Source of the DNA: a virus | DNA length: 64,000 bases | Reading direction: 5' to 3' (one strand) | Virus record (IMG/VR): IMGVR_UViG_3300033141_002573 | Coordinates: 42,726 to 106,725 of that record | In this document: positions 29,460 through 41,046 of the stretch, piece by piece | Layout of the letters: every line of letters starts with the position of its first letter | Numbering within the stretch: the first letter of the stretch is position 1 | Notes under the pieces: model-generated | Told to the model about the DNA's origin: nothing | What the model saw: the letters and a program-made list of their open reading frames with translations, nothing else | Databases searched by the model: none | Translations under genes and position numbers: made by a program

Positions 29460-29855
29460 ATGACAGACAATGACGTTGAAAACGCTTTGAAGGAACTGGC
29501 AACCACGGTTGCAGATGGTTGCCGAAGACAGTATGCGTCCCCCTATAATGCAGAGGAGGTCGACCCTGATTATGTGAGGGACAATAACCTAGACCCGAAG
29601 GGTACGGCCTACGCGCTCATTGCCTTCGGGTCTAATTGTGGACCCCCGGCAGACGAAATGATAGCGGAGGAAATAGGACTCTCTCCTGACGAGTACTACG
29701 AGGGAGGTTATCAAGACTGGAACTTCGGAGACGAGTTAGAACGCCTGGTATACGAACGTCTACCTGAGGGAGGTTATGTATTCTGGCACGACAACGAACT
29801 ACACTGGGAACTTTTCGAGGAGGAGAGTGACAACAACACGGAAGCGGTAGAGTAA
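29460..29855 (+). CDS. Acidic hypothetical protein, paralog family A
   Basis: RLPEGGYVFWHDNELHW C-terminal motif. Confidence 0.7.
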   Translation: MTDNDVENALKELATTVADGCRRQYASPYNAEEVDPDYVRDNNLDPKGTAYALIAFGSNCGPPADEMIAEEIGLSPDEYYEGGYQDWNFGDELERLVYERLPEGGYVFWHDNELHWELFEEESDNNTEAVE

Positions 29856-29895
29856 ACTTTCCTATGTCAGGACCTCGCAGCCAGTACAAAAGGAG

Positions 29896-30420
29896 ATGAC
29901 AGGAATGAAACCAGTACCCTTGTCTGAATGGCGGTTGGGGTACTCAACCGCCAGGTCAATTGCGGAGGCCTTGTGGGGGCGCGGGGGAACCAGCAGCGAA
30001 AAATGCAACCGCAAAGGGGCATTCTACTTCCTATGCTCCGGGCACGGTGGGTATGTGATAGACAGCAATGCCCTCACTCAACAAGAACGGAAACAGGTGA
30101 ATGACCTGCTGGCCGATGAATACGTCTACCTTTTCGTACAAGACAGAGAGGGCGTTCCTACAGTCATCGGCGTACGTCATCCGTACAGCACGAGACCCGT
30201 AGGTGTGCGATACCCCGTGAGGTGGGGAGAACCTCGCATTGTCGAACATCCAATAGTGATTGCAGAGGAGGACTGTGATTGGGCAGTAGTGGAACTATTC
30301 ACGGGGGTCAGGTCGGAGTGGGCAACGAAGAAGGATGAAGAGAACATCGCCCTAGCTATACAACGCCGACAGGATACCGTGAATGCGCTCAAACATTACC
30401 GAGAGGAGATAGCACAATGA
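29896..30420 (+). CDS. Hypothetical protein (SGHGG...EEDCDWAVV family, possibly DUF7007-like)
   Basis: Motifs recalled from a widespread phage/plasmid family; unverified. Confidence 0.5.
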   Translation: MTGMKPVPLSEWRLGYSTARSIAEALWGRGGTSSEKCNRKGAFYFLCSGHGGYVIDSNALTQQERKQVNDLLADEYVYLFVQDREGVPTVIGVRHPYSTRPVGVRYPVRWGEPRIVEHPIVIAEEDCDWAVVELFTGVRSEWATKKDEENIALAIQRRQDTVNALKHYREEIAQ

Positions 30421-31324
30421 CCTGGGCAGAGTTTGTTGAATACTGGGCAAAGTACATCGGGAGAGTTTCCGTAGAGGACGAGGGAGCGTTCCGAAGAAAC
30501 GCGACACAGGCGTTGCACAACGCGAAAGAAGGGAAGAAACAGGTGTTGATTCCTGAGTACCCTGGGGGAATCAAGCCGGGGAAGTATGATACCGTTACAC
30601 TCCTGAGGCAGCACAAGGACAACCCGGAGGCGATAGCGTTCATTGCAGACATGTTGGAATGAGTTTCCTGTTTCATCCCATCGCAAGTAGTACAAGTGAA
30701 AGGAGGTGATGCAAATGGGAAACCTCGATGACATGGTTGAGGTTGCCCCTTACTACTCAGTGAGAGTTAGCTGGGCGGAAGTAGCCGCGTACCTAAGGGC
30801 ACACGGGATTCCTGCGGAGGTCAAGGTGTGGAGACCCCGTTCGGCCTCCGGGGGCTTTGCGTACGACCCACGTGTCACGGTTGTGGTGCCTCCGATTGAT
30901 GCTGAAACTGCCAAGAAAGCATACATAGACTACATGCACGACAAGAAGGAGCACAGCCGAGTCATCCTTGATGGACTCTCGTTGGAGGAAATAACAGCAT
31001 GGGAGGTAAAGCACTGGGGCCTGGAATACATGGGGTGGTATGGAGTATTCAGTCACGCCGTAGCAGTAGACAAGGCTCACTATGGGGTCATAGCATACTA
31101 CCTGGGAGGTGAAATATGGGAGCGGTACAGGGCAATGCTTGTGGACCGTAACGGGAGGAGGCGGCCTGAAGGCGCTGCATGGGCATTCAATGATGACCTA
31201 ACTGGGCTCTCACAAACATGGTACTCGCAAAAACCGGGAAGTGACTGGACAGGTCTCCCCAAGAGTCTTGCAAACAGTGCATTTTCCGCTGCGGGCGTCT
31301 CGCAGGTAAGAGAGGAGGGGAAAT

Positions 31325-31537
31325 ATGAATCTGGCTAAGTTGGACGGTGCCATGATGGTGGTGTACGATGAGTGGCACGGAACAATATGGGTGTGGTACG
31401 GAGGCCGAAACATTTACAACCTGAATCAGAAAGGAGAGGTGCTGAAAGGCGTGACGTTGAATGAAGAGGACTCAAGCGACGGAGAAAGTGTCGCCTCGTT
31501 TGTGTACAACATGATAAAGGAGAATGAACAAACATGA
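31325..31537 (+). CDS. Hypothetical protein, paralog family B
   Basis: See 27895; preceded by variant motif at 31283. Confidence 0.65.
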   Translation: MNLAKLDGAMMVVYDEWHGTIWVWYGGRNIYNLNQKGEVLKGVTLNEEDSSDGESVASFVYNMIKENEQT

Positions 31538-32100
31538 CCTGGGTGGAAAAACTGGCACCAGACTACCTGAGGACCTCCCCCAAGATGACGGCGATTCTCG
31601 GAGCATTGACGGGGGAAAGGTGGACAGAACCTCGAATGATTAGGATATACATCACTTCAGACAGATTCGCGCTGGGGGAACATGAGGGTGAGGTGGGCGC
31701 AAACTACTTCATCGGGGCAGCAAGTGACCTGGAGCGCAACATCAATGGGGTGTGCAACGCAGTAGGGCTAACTCCCACCGAACGGGTGGAGTTTGCGCGA
31801 ACAGCAATGAAGCACATTGAGGCGCATGGGAACATAGACATTAACTACGCCTTCGGCATTGACAGCATCGAATAAGGGAGGGAACCCGAATGGGTGACGC
31901 AGCAAGCATAGTGCTCCTAACAGCGGGGGGTGGTTTCCTACTCATCCTCATGATATGTGGCGTGATTGCCGCCATACTGAATGGGTGGTATGGGCATACG
32001 AAGGCAAGGCGTCGAGGACGAGTAGAATGGGGTCGGACGGCACAACTGCTCACCACCAAGACAAAACGGCGTAAGTGAAAGTAGTGAAGGAGGGGTACAT

Positions 32101-33636
32101 ATGTACGTAGAAAGCGAGCAGGAACATCTAAACCGCCTTAGGGAAATCTCCCGTATGGCTATGGAGGATGACAACCTCAAGGTTCTGAGAGGGCGGGTGT
32201 TGATTCCCTCAAGTGGGTACACAATTAATGGGACACACATTCATGAGTGGAGAAAAGCCTTGGAGCGTCGCATGGGAATCACAGGACATATCAAAACTCG
32301 GCTCCAACCTCATGTCAAGGGCGAAATAACGTGGTTGAAAGAGTCTCTGTGCTACAGTAGGGCTAACTACCAGGCACTCAGAATAGGACTCGCTACCACA
32401 CCTAAAGACGGAAAACTCGTGCCGATACCTCTCCACCAACTCGTTAAGGAGGCAGAGGAGTACGAAAGCTTTCAGAATGAAAGTCATGCACGGGAAATAG
32501 CACGCATCTACCGGCGCATAGAAGTACAGAACCATCAGACCAGGGGTCTGCTGTATGCCCACATTCCCTGTAGTGAGGAGCGAAGCACACGCGGCTATGT
32601 ACCCTTCTGGGAGAAGCATGGAACACTTGTCCTTAGTCCTGCTATCCGTGCGGAACCTGTAGGGCCTGGGAAGGCTGAGGTGCAGGTCACAGTACTATCG
32701 GGCGAGACAGTTATCGACACGTTCATTACATCGGCAAGGCCACAGGTTTCAAACCCCACCGCACGTGAAGAGCGCTTCTATTGCTCAGATGGAAGCGTAG
32801 TGTACCTGCGCCCTCCCAACCTGCGCCAGTACCTGGCCTTGATTGATAAAGCAACCTACAACCCGTCATCGAGTAAGTATTACACAGTTGAAACGGGCAA
32901 CATAAGCTCATTGAGGAAAGCCCTAACAGGCACAGGCAAGGTGGCCGCCTCCAAGAATGAGCACCACATTCTTGGAAACGTGCTGATAGAAATCCGTGAA
33001 GACAAACTGTCCATCACTGGTACGGACAACCACACCTTGATAAGGTCACACCAGATTCCGATACAGGGGTACGAAAACGATGAAGAACTTCTGGTTCCAG
33101 GACCATTCGCAGTAGCAGTCGGAGAGAAAACGGTCGATGGGGAACCCATATCCATCGGCGTTGGGCCGGATTCTCTGCGCGTCATACAAGGAGAACTAGA
33201 CATCGCAACCCCGTTAGCCAAAGGGATATACCCCAACATCGAAAAACTAATAGCTTACAGGTGGAGGAAGACAACATCTCTGGGACCTGCTCCTGCGTTG
33301 AGAAATGCCATTAGAAAAACAAAGAATCACGTGGAACCATACGCACTCCGCAAGATACACCTGGTTCCCCAAGAGGGAATATGGGTGCTCACGGTTCACA
33401 AGGGTGGGAGGAACGGAGAAGATTATGTCGTTCCGCTACCCGACAGCAAGGCCAGTGATGATGATGAGATAGTGGCCCTTAGCAGAGACCATCTCATGCA
33501 AGTAGCACAAATGACCCAGGAGCATGTGGTGATGCACTACATGCCCAGTACACTTCCCTTGTCGTTCAATGTCCCAGAGTGGGATACGTGCCTCGTAAGT
33601 CCAATGCTAGTAACCATCGGAGGTGAAGCACAATGA
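32101..33636 (+). CDS. Unknown N-terminal domain fused to beta-sliding-clamp-like domains
   Basis: AASKNEHHILGNVLIEIREDKLSITGTDNHTL and GIYPNIEKLI match the DnaN central domain; ending LVSPMLV resembles the DnaN C-terminus. Confidence 0.7.
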   Translation: MYVESEQEHLNRLREISRMAMEDDNLKVLRGRVLIPSSGYTINGTHIHEWRKALERRMGITGHIKTRLQPHVKGEITWLKESLCYSRANYQALRIGLATTPKDGKLVPIPLHQLVKEAEEYESFQNESHAREIARIYRRIEVQNHQTRGLLYAHIPCSEERSTRGYVPFWEKHGTLVLSPAIRAEPVGPGKAEVQVTVLSGETVIDTFITSARPQVSNPTAREERFYCSDGSVVYLRPPNLRQYLALIDKATYNPSSSKYYTVETGNISSLRKALTGTGKVAASKNEHHILGNVLIEIREDKLSITGTDNHTLIRSHQIPIQGYENDEELLVPGPFAVAVGEKTVDGEPISIGVGPDSLRVIQGELDIATPLAKGIYPNIEKLIAYRWRKTTSLGPAPALRNAIRKTKNHVEPYALRKIHLVPQEGIWVLTVHKGGRNGEDYVVPLPDSKASDDDEIVALSRDHLMQVAQMTQEHVVMHYMPSTLPLSFNVPEWDTCLVSPMLVTIGGEAQ

Positions 33637-35462
33637 CGCCGAAAGTCATATTCTGGTTCAGTCGACGGACGGACCAGACCGGGCCGCGTTCGACATGCGA
33701 CAGCACGGTCCAGGCAATTGTCAAAGCCGTAAGTCGGGCGCTGGAGATTCCAGCAACCATTCACATCGACCAGGGAAACCCAGGCGATTATGTTGACCTC
33801 AGCGTAGAGGTGCCGACCGATGACACGCTCGAACGTTTTCTCGATGCGTTGTCGGCTGGCGGACTTACCAGCATAGACTACGACAGCATTGATAGCGCCG
33901 ATGGTGGCGCTATCAAGGACAAAGACCTGTCGGCACGCCTGGAGTCCTACGGAGTAACCGTGTGGTAGATTCCTATTATGGTTCCTCGCAGGTAGACATG
34001 GTGAAAGGAGATAGGAGCATGGAACTGATAGTTGCCGCAAGAAAGGCGTTGGACACCTATCAAAGGCGGGCGGCAAACGCCAAGGCGCGATGGAACCACG
34101 AGCAGTACCGTATCGCAACGATAATGGCCGACCGCGCTGCCAGGCTTCTGGCTGCGTTAGAAAAGGAGACAGAAAAGTGAACGGGACAGACAAAGCAATA
34201 AACAAGACAATTAGCCTATTCTACAATCTTCAAAAGCAGACCGCTGGAATTGACAACAAGGGGTTGCGGAGGGACTTCCGCGACGACCTTGCTGAACTCA
34301 CCGCTAAGATTAAGAATCTCGGCTACTGGCTTGAGTCCCACGACCCAGTTGTCCGGGCTTTGGCGTCAGACGCACTTCGGGCATTGGGGATAAAGACATA
34401 GAAACGGGTAACCGACCCTAACCTGCTACCGCAGCGGTATCCCGGAGAATAGGAGACGAGAAAATGACAAAGCAAGAATGCGAAGCGGTACGCCAGACAT
34501 TCTGTATCCTAGAGCGTCTACGTGACGTAGCAGGCAACGCAAGCGCAGAGGCGTATGACACCGATGACATGACCACATTCTCAAGGCTGGTTGGTGACGT
34601 TGACATGTACACCGATGCGCTATACGTGCTAGGTCGGCTCCTAGCACGTGAGGGAGCCGCCCGGTGGCGGGACTTCAAATATGAACTTACACCAACAGCC
34701 GAAAGCGGCGGCGGGAGGTGAAATAACGTGAATATAGTGCATGAAGACGATGGGGCAAGGGCGCTTTCCCTTGCCCGAATTGATGAATGGGCAGGCTCCA
34801 GACTTACACCATCTGAACACAGCGAACGGCGCATTCTCCTCTGTCGCCTTGGTGCCGCAGGCAGACTGGTGGCGGGGAAGAAGTGGAGCGTCCGGCGATA
34901 CCCAGGGGCAGGTGAGTACTCCTCGCGCACGATATTCTTGGACACAGAAAAAGATGGGCGCGAGGTGGTGACCTGGGAAGGTTGGACCCGGAACTGGAAG
35001 CAGGACTGGGCGCAAATACAAAAAGGGGAAATCGAAGGAACCTCATTCAGAACCTGAGGAGGTGGAACACGTGCGAAGGGTTACAGTCACAGGGGAAGGA
35101 ACAAGCGTAGAGGTGGTTCTCCTTACGCCAGAGGAGAACCCTTATGGCGATGACTGGAGTTACATTTATGTTCATCCTATGAGTGGAAAACTCACAGACT
35201 TCCCCGGCATGGGGTGGGCTGACCCGAAGGGAGACGACTCTCACAAGCGGCTTATGCGCCTGGTACGGCGCATAAACGCAGCGTGGGACTCGGCCACCAC
35301 ACCGGGGTTCATCGCCCTGCTCGCGGCGCAATGGATAGGGAATCTCGAAGTGGGTGAGTGGGAGCGACGGGCGTAGGCCACATGGTAGACGGTAACCACA
35401 TTCCCTACAACTGCAATGAGCAACATATCCGCCCTGTTCTACAGCGAAAGGAGATGTGAAAC

Positions 35463-35657
35463 ATGGTCCTTCACTTGGTCCTCGAACTATGGGACGGTGG
35501 TACAATAGTACAAGGTGTCACAGACAGCATCAATATAGAAGACGAGGAGGAGGCATTCAAGGTTTTCAACGAACACGCCAGAACGTTCACCAGAATTAGA
35601 CCGTCCCATCGTCAACTCTCCGACGAGAGCAAACCCGACGCAAAAGGTCTGGGGTAA
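35463..35657 (+). CDS. Hypothetical protein, paralog family C
   Basis: LELWDGGTIVQGVTDSINIEDEEEAFKVF vs 41246 LKIWDNGIIASEVTDSREIEDEEQAFAVF. Confidence 0.7.
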   Translation: MVLHLVLELWDGGTIVQGVTDSINIEDEEEAFKVFNEHARTFTRIRPSHRQLSDESKPDAKGLG

Positions 35658-37029
35658 ATGCCAAGAGCACCAGCAAAAATACGAGCGGAGGTGCAATGAA
35701 ACATGCACGAAATAGATGAGGGCGACATCCTCGTCATAGACAAGGAAGAGGAAGAAGTCTTGAAGGTGTACCAGACGCACAGAAATAACGAGGGAGAGGT
35801 TATCGGCTATCTCGTCGAGCTAACACACGGGGAATGGTATATCTTCGGAACGCAGGAGGCGGCGGGGCAAGCGGCCCGTGACTACTGGAGGGAATTGGCA
35901 GAGAATGACCCTGAGGAGTTCCGTTGCATTGTCGGCGACGAGAGCCTTGTTAAGTGGGCACTCGGCCAGTACGCCGGTCCCGGTAGCACAAAGGTTAACA
36001 GTTTGGAGGCGTGGCTCGACCTGTGGCTGGATACGCCAGAGGAGTGCTGGGCATCGTACGACCGCTTCGAGTGGGAGGCTGTCCATACCAACGTAGAAGA
36101 CAGCATTAAGCAGAACGTGGTAGCATACCGCTGGAACTAGCCCCAGAGAGGAGATCCTATAATGTTATGTCGCAAGTATACAGGAAGGGGAGGCCCTATT
36201 CACTACGGAGGATGGCGCATTGTGGGCAGTCTCGATCCTCTCACAACCCGGCGGGGAATGCCAACTGAGCACCTGTATCGATGCCCCGATACAGGTCATT
36301 GGGCACACTGGCATGACGGGGGCGCTGTACGCGCACATTGCACGCCTGTGGCGTACAGGCACGGGGATACATGGCACGACGCAGACACAGGCGAGGCCCT
36401 CAGCAGGGAAGACGCCGTGGGCTACAGGAACAAGGAGAGTGATGAGACCATCAGCCTTAATGAGGCGCTTGTCGAGGCCCACAGACTGAAGTAAAGTTCT
36501 AAACAGTCGGACCAGCTCCACAACCGAACAAGCAGGAGGCAACAACATGAAAGTTACTGGGTTGCGGAAATGGGGGCGGCGAGGGTGGGAATGGACCATC
36601 CGCTGGGCCGAACCGTGGGCTAACGGTATGGAACGGAGCTACCGCACTAACGACCACGGCGATGGCCTTTGGGTGTGGAACACACAGCGAGGCGAGTGGC
36701 GACAGACCATTGGCACGTGTCAGTTTGCCCTACCGGGCAACCGCGAGACTGCCCGAAGGACCATTCGTAGATACTTCCTTAGGCCGTCTAATCCGCAATA
36801 GATAGTCGGAAGGAGGGTGTGCAGCAATGAAGTACCAAGTGGCGCATACAGTGGATGGATTGGGTGGGCGCTATCCGGGCGGCGGAATCGTGGATACAGA
36901 GGTAGATAGCCTAGCCAAGGCCCGCCGGTTGGCCGCCAGGCTAACGGCGGTGGGGCAATGCGGCTACATAGTACGTGTGGCCGATGGCGCAATCGAAATG
37001 CCCGATGGCTCGTGGTTCGTTCCGAAGCA

Positions 37030-38029
37030 ATAGGTAGCCGGGTCCTGCCCTCGCATTGACGAGGGTGGGGGCCGGGCGTATCCTATGACGGGAGGTGAAA
37101 GCCGTGAGCAACCTCACAGTGGTGCGCAGTCTGGCAAACTGGCGCAGGCGTATAATCGGCTGCGCCAGGGAGCACAACCCTCAAGCCGTAGAGGACGCCC
37201 TGGGGATTGTCAGCGCCTTCAGCGGTGGTGGCAACACGGTTGCCTGTCTAAATGACCTCGGAATAGAGGCCGACCGCCGGGGGCTGTCGGACGCCGCCTG
37301 GCGCGTGATTAGCCAGGCCGCCAAGTGACGCCAACCAAGGCCCTCTGCGAGGGCAGGACCAGCCGTACCCTAAGTAAAGGTGAGCGTATTCTACAGGGAG
37401 GACAAGACGGATGACACAATGGAATCCCGAGGATGCAATGGCAGTACTCTCCGAGACGATTGAGATACTCTCGGAGGCAGGGGTCCCGATCAACCCCCTG
37501 ACAGTCCGCGCCTATCTCTCTGAGCGCGAGGGAGGCGAGCAGACATGAGTTTGACACGCGACGAAACGAGGGCCTTAGACATCGCACGTAGGTTGCTCGA
37601 AGCACGAGCCGACCGCCTCATGGAGCAGTGCGATAATGCCGACCCCGCTGCCGACATCAGCAGGCTGCTTGAGGAGGCCGACGAATACCAGGCGGCTGCT
37701 GATACCATCACCGACCTCCGCCTGCTCAACAAGCGGCACTAATCAGGCATAGGTGGCCGGGTCCTGCTCTCGGCCCCCGAGGGTAGGGCCGGGTGTATCC
37801 TAAGACAGGGAGGTGCAAGGCAATGAGTTATGACGAGCAACTGGCAGCCTGGCAACGGGAGAATCACTGTGACACCTGTCGCTTCGGGGACCTAGAGTCC
37901 TTTGAACGCGGTGAACCCTGTTGCCTGAAGATGCGCCGCGAGTTCGACGCGCAGGGAATGTGCCTGTCGCATGAGGACAGTCCAGACAAGAGGGGATAGG
38001 TCGCCGGGTCCGGGGCCGGCCTTATCCTA
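37030..38029 (+). repeat. Hairpin element family, copies 4-6 (37030-37086, 37750-37802, truncated 37997-38029)
   Basis: TAGGT-N-GCCGGGTCC-[stem-loop]-GGGCCGGGYGTATCCTA, each between a stop codon and the next RBS; a degenerate copy lies near 37340-37374. Confidence 0.8.
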
Positions 38030-39072
38030 AGACGAACATGGAGAAAGGAGGATAGTTCAATGGCAGGAGTTGAAAGGCTCACCGACTGGATGGAGAGATA
38101 TGATAACTCCACGTCCTTGGAGGCACTACACAGTCAAGGAGACTTGACGCGGGAGGTCAAGGGTATTGTTGCCGAACTAGCATACCACGGCGACCGTCTC
38201 CCCCCATACGTGTGGATCTGTCGCGACCGACGCACCCGCCAAGAGGATGAAGACGCCAAGGAGGCCTTGGAATACCTGGCTGAGGTTTTCAGGCATGTTG
38301 CCAACTGGGCAACTGCACGGGCTGATGAGGCGGCATCGGCTGCACAGTCGCAACCCATCGGCAACGATCCGCCCATTATCGTATAAAAGGAGATGAGAGA
38401 GATGCAGACAGAACAACTACTCGCAGAAGCCCAGGCCGCAGTCGAAGCGGAAAGGAGGGCAGTGGGACAACTCTGTCGTGCTCAACGTGCGCTGGAGCTA
38501 ACACCCCGATTCGACAGAGGGTCGGGTCGTGAGCGTATCCGCAAGCGAATCGAGGCAGAGCAGGCACTCGCAGCGGCTGAGAGGGATGTGGAGTCTGCCG
38601 AGAAACGAGCGGACCAACTGCTTCAAGAACTCGAGGCATTAATCAGTCCAGTAGGGAGATGAGGTGAAAGAAGTGATAGTCAAGTCAATGCCTGTTAGGT
38701 TGCGGAACGACTATAGCGACGCCTTCGCAGACTATTTGAAAGAAGGCTTCACATTGCAACAGGCCACGCGCAGAATGGGGCTACGACTTCTGCGCCAGAA
38801 AAAACTAGAGACGTACAGAATAGCATTTCTCCAAGTGGGAAATGTCAGATACGGCATGACTTTGTGGGAAGACGCTTGGGAGGAGGGGTATCCAGTAGCA
38901 GACAAGTTAACTGAAAATGACAAGTTGCGTCTGCTAGTAAGTTGAAACATAGAAAAGTGTACTGTAGAAAGGAGGCCAAAGCACAACAACATCCCTAACC
39001 TACCGCCTGATTAAGGAGGAAAAAGAAACGTCAAGCGAAAACGGAATACACACCGAACCGAACCTCCAACCC

Positions 39073-39693
39073 GTGTACAACCTAACGAAAATAGACAACG
39101 AGACCATTAACACAATGGTGCTGGCTGTGGCCGCCGAGTTCGAACAACTAGATTTGATGCGGTCGCCCGTTGTTGTCAAGGCGGCATGGAACAACCGTTA
39201 TCTCCACGGTAATTTCTATCACTCAACGTGGGTAAACAAAGCCTATCTCCAAGGCAAACGCAACTGGGGAAAGGTAAGACCCGAAAAGCACGTGCTCGTA
39301 GATGGGTACGTAGAGATATTCATGGGACTGGCTAACCGACGTATATCGAAAACATTCCCCTCACGGGATACAGCACAGAAACAAATCGATACCTTCGCGT
39401 TGGAGCAAGCACCCGCTATCCTTGCAGTGCTTGCTCACGAACTACAACACGCCGAGGACCACCAAGGAGGGAAAGCATTCAGGAGGACCGACCTCAGCGG
39501 TCGGAGACTACCCTGGGCACAACGCCCACAAGAGATACGGGCAGAGGCCACAGTATCCCGAATGTTCGGGCGTCCTACGACACAATGGAGCAACCAATCC
39601 TATGTAGTGCCTTCTACCTTACAAGATGTGTGCATTGACCTGGCAGTAGCTATCAGTGACCACCTGATGGAAAGAGCAAGCATCACATTATAA
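39073..39693 (+). CDS. HExxH zinc metallopeptidase-like protein
   Basis: ILAVLAHELQHAEDH zincin motif with downstream QEIRAE. Confidence 0.6.
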   Translation: MYNLTKIDNETINTMVLAVAAEFEQLDLMRSPVVVKAAWNNRYLHGNFYHSTWVNKAYLQGKRNWGKVRPEKHVLVDGYVEIFMGLANRRISKTFPSRDTAQKQIDTFALEQAPAILAVLAHELQHAEDHQGGKAFRRTDLSGRRLPWAQRPQEIRAEATVSRMFGRPTTQWSNQSYVVPSTLQDVCIDLAVAISDHLMERASITL

Positions 39694-40185
39694 GAGAAGG
39701 GATAACAATGGACTGGACACCCCACGAGGTAGTACTCATCGGCCCCACAGGCAGACCAAGCAAGCGGCTGCACCTGGTAGCTGGACCCAAAGAACACACA
39801 CTATGTGGAAGGGAAGTCTGGCGCTATCGGGAACCGTTGCCAAACGACCCCACAGAACTCTGTGAGGCGTGCAAACGAGCAGAGGTAACCCTTGCCCGTG
39901 GGTTAGCAACCGTTGGGAGGTGAAACAGAATGACACTCGAAGAGCAAGTGCGCATACTGGCTGTTATCACAACGCGAGACGAGACCGGTAGACACTTCCT
40001 GGAAAGGCATCGAGGCGATGACATAGCAAAACTGGAGGCTGCCGGGCTGGTGGCGATCAACCGCCCCGTACATAGTGCAACGGGCATACCGTACTCACCA
40101 GAGTACTATACCATCGAGGTCACAGAGGAGGGGCAGGCACTTGTGGACGCACACCCTGATCTATGGCCGAAGGAGTGCGAATAGG

Positions 40186-41046
40186 ATGACAGCAGGACCC
40201 CCGCGAAGCGGCCAGATAGGACCACAGGCATCTAGGGCGTTAATGCTGGCAGCACGGTTCGCCAGCGACGATAAAACACGCCCCATCATCACCGCCGTTA
40301 TGTGGCGAGGAGGACATACAAAGGACACTATCATAGCAACAGACACCTACAGAGCATATCGGTGCGAGGTAACACGCGACAATGAATGGCTGTTACCCAC
40401 ACCTGGGGAATGTTGGCTGTTGCCTGCGCAAACAATCGAGCAGGTTACGAATACCGAGCGGCGTCGTTTGAATCCCTTACTAACGGTCACACACCCATGC
40501 CCTAACCATTCGGACAGCGAATACCATGTTGCAATACGGTGTGATGTGGCTAACACCAAACAAAGAACAAAGGATGCCGTGGGAGAAGTGATAACTGGGG
40601 TCTACCCTCACGTTGAGGATGGGCGAATCATTCCAGACTACAACAAAGAGCAGGAGTTCCTTGGATGGTCCGGCGAGGTGCCAGTTAAAGGGCTGTATAA
40701 CGTTCTACCTCATCTGCGTGACGTAAACGAGTCCCACAGTATTAAGTTCAGCTTTGACAATGAAAAGGTAAGCCTACAAGCAGAGAAAAAATATACTACA
40801 GAGGATGTAACTGTCGAGGCTAACGTAAAGGTAGCAACAGGCAACGGAAGGAAAACAGAGGTGGAACTAAATGGCTATTACATCTCAGACATTGTGGAAC
40901 TTCTGTATGAACAAAACTCAACAGGGATGCTCCAAGTACAGGTGCCTCAACCTGAATATACACTCCCCGTTCGGATGGACGGGGAGTGGGGAACGTATGT
41001 AGTGATGGGAATGGCAGCAGAAAAGGTAAGGAGGCAAGACAGATGA
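40186..41046 (+). CDS. dnaN: DNA polymerase III beta clamp-like protein (domains II-III only, ~286 aa)
   Basis: FASDDKTRPIITAVMW...IIATDTYR, GVYPHVEDGRIIP, ELNGYYISDIV, YVVMGM match DnaN motifs; ATG 40186 has an RBS. Confidence 0.7.
   Translation: MTAGPPRSGQIGPQASRALMLAARFASDDKTRPIITAVMWRGGHTKDTIIATDTYRAYRCEVTRDNEWLLPTPGECWLLPAQTIEQVTNTERRRLNPLLTVTHPCPNHSDSEYHVAIRCDVANTKQRTKDAVGEVITGVYPHVEDGRIIPDYNKEQEFLGWSGEVPVKGLYNVLPHLRDVNESHSIKFSFDNEKVSLQAEKKYTTEDVTVEANVKVATGNGRKTEVELNGYYISDIVELLYEQNSTGMLQVQVPQPEYTLPVRMDGEWGTYVVMGMAAEKVRRQDR

Larger units (their letters stand above)
23577..33995 (+). promoter_or_regulatory. Family of 14 plus-strand 27-bp motifs TTTCCTRT-N9-TCGCARGTAG (putative phage-sigma promoters)
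   Basis: Starts at 23577, 25112, 25520, 25774, 26187, 27102, 27591, 28161, 29103, 29409, 29858 (variant), 30664, 31283 (variant), 33969. Invariant 9-nt spacer; nearly all lie after a stop codon and 6 nt before TGAA(A/G)GG or CGGA(A/G)GG. Confidence 0.85.
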
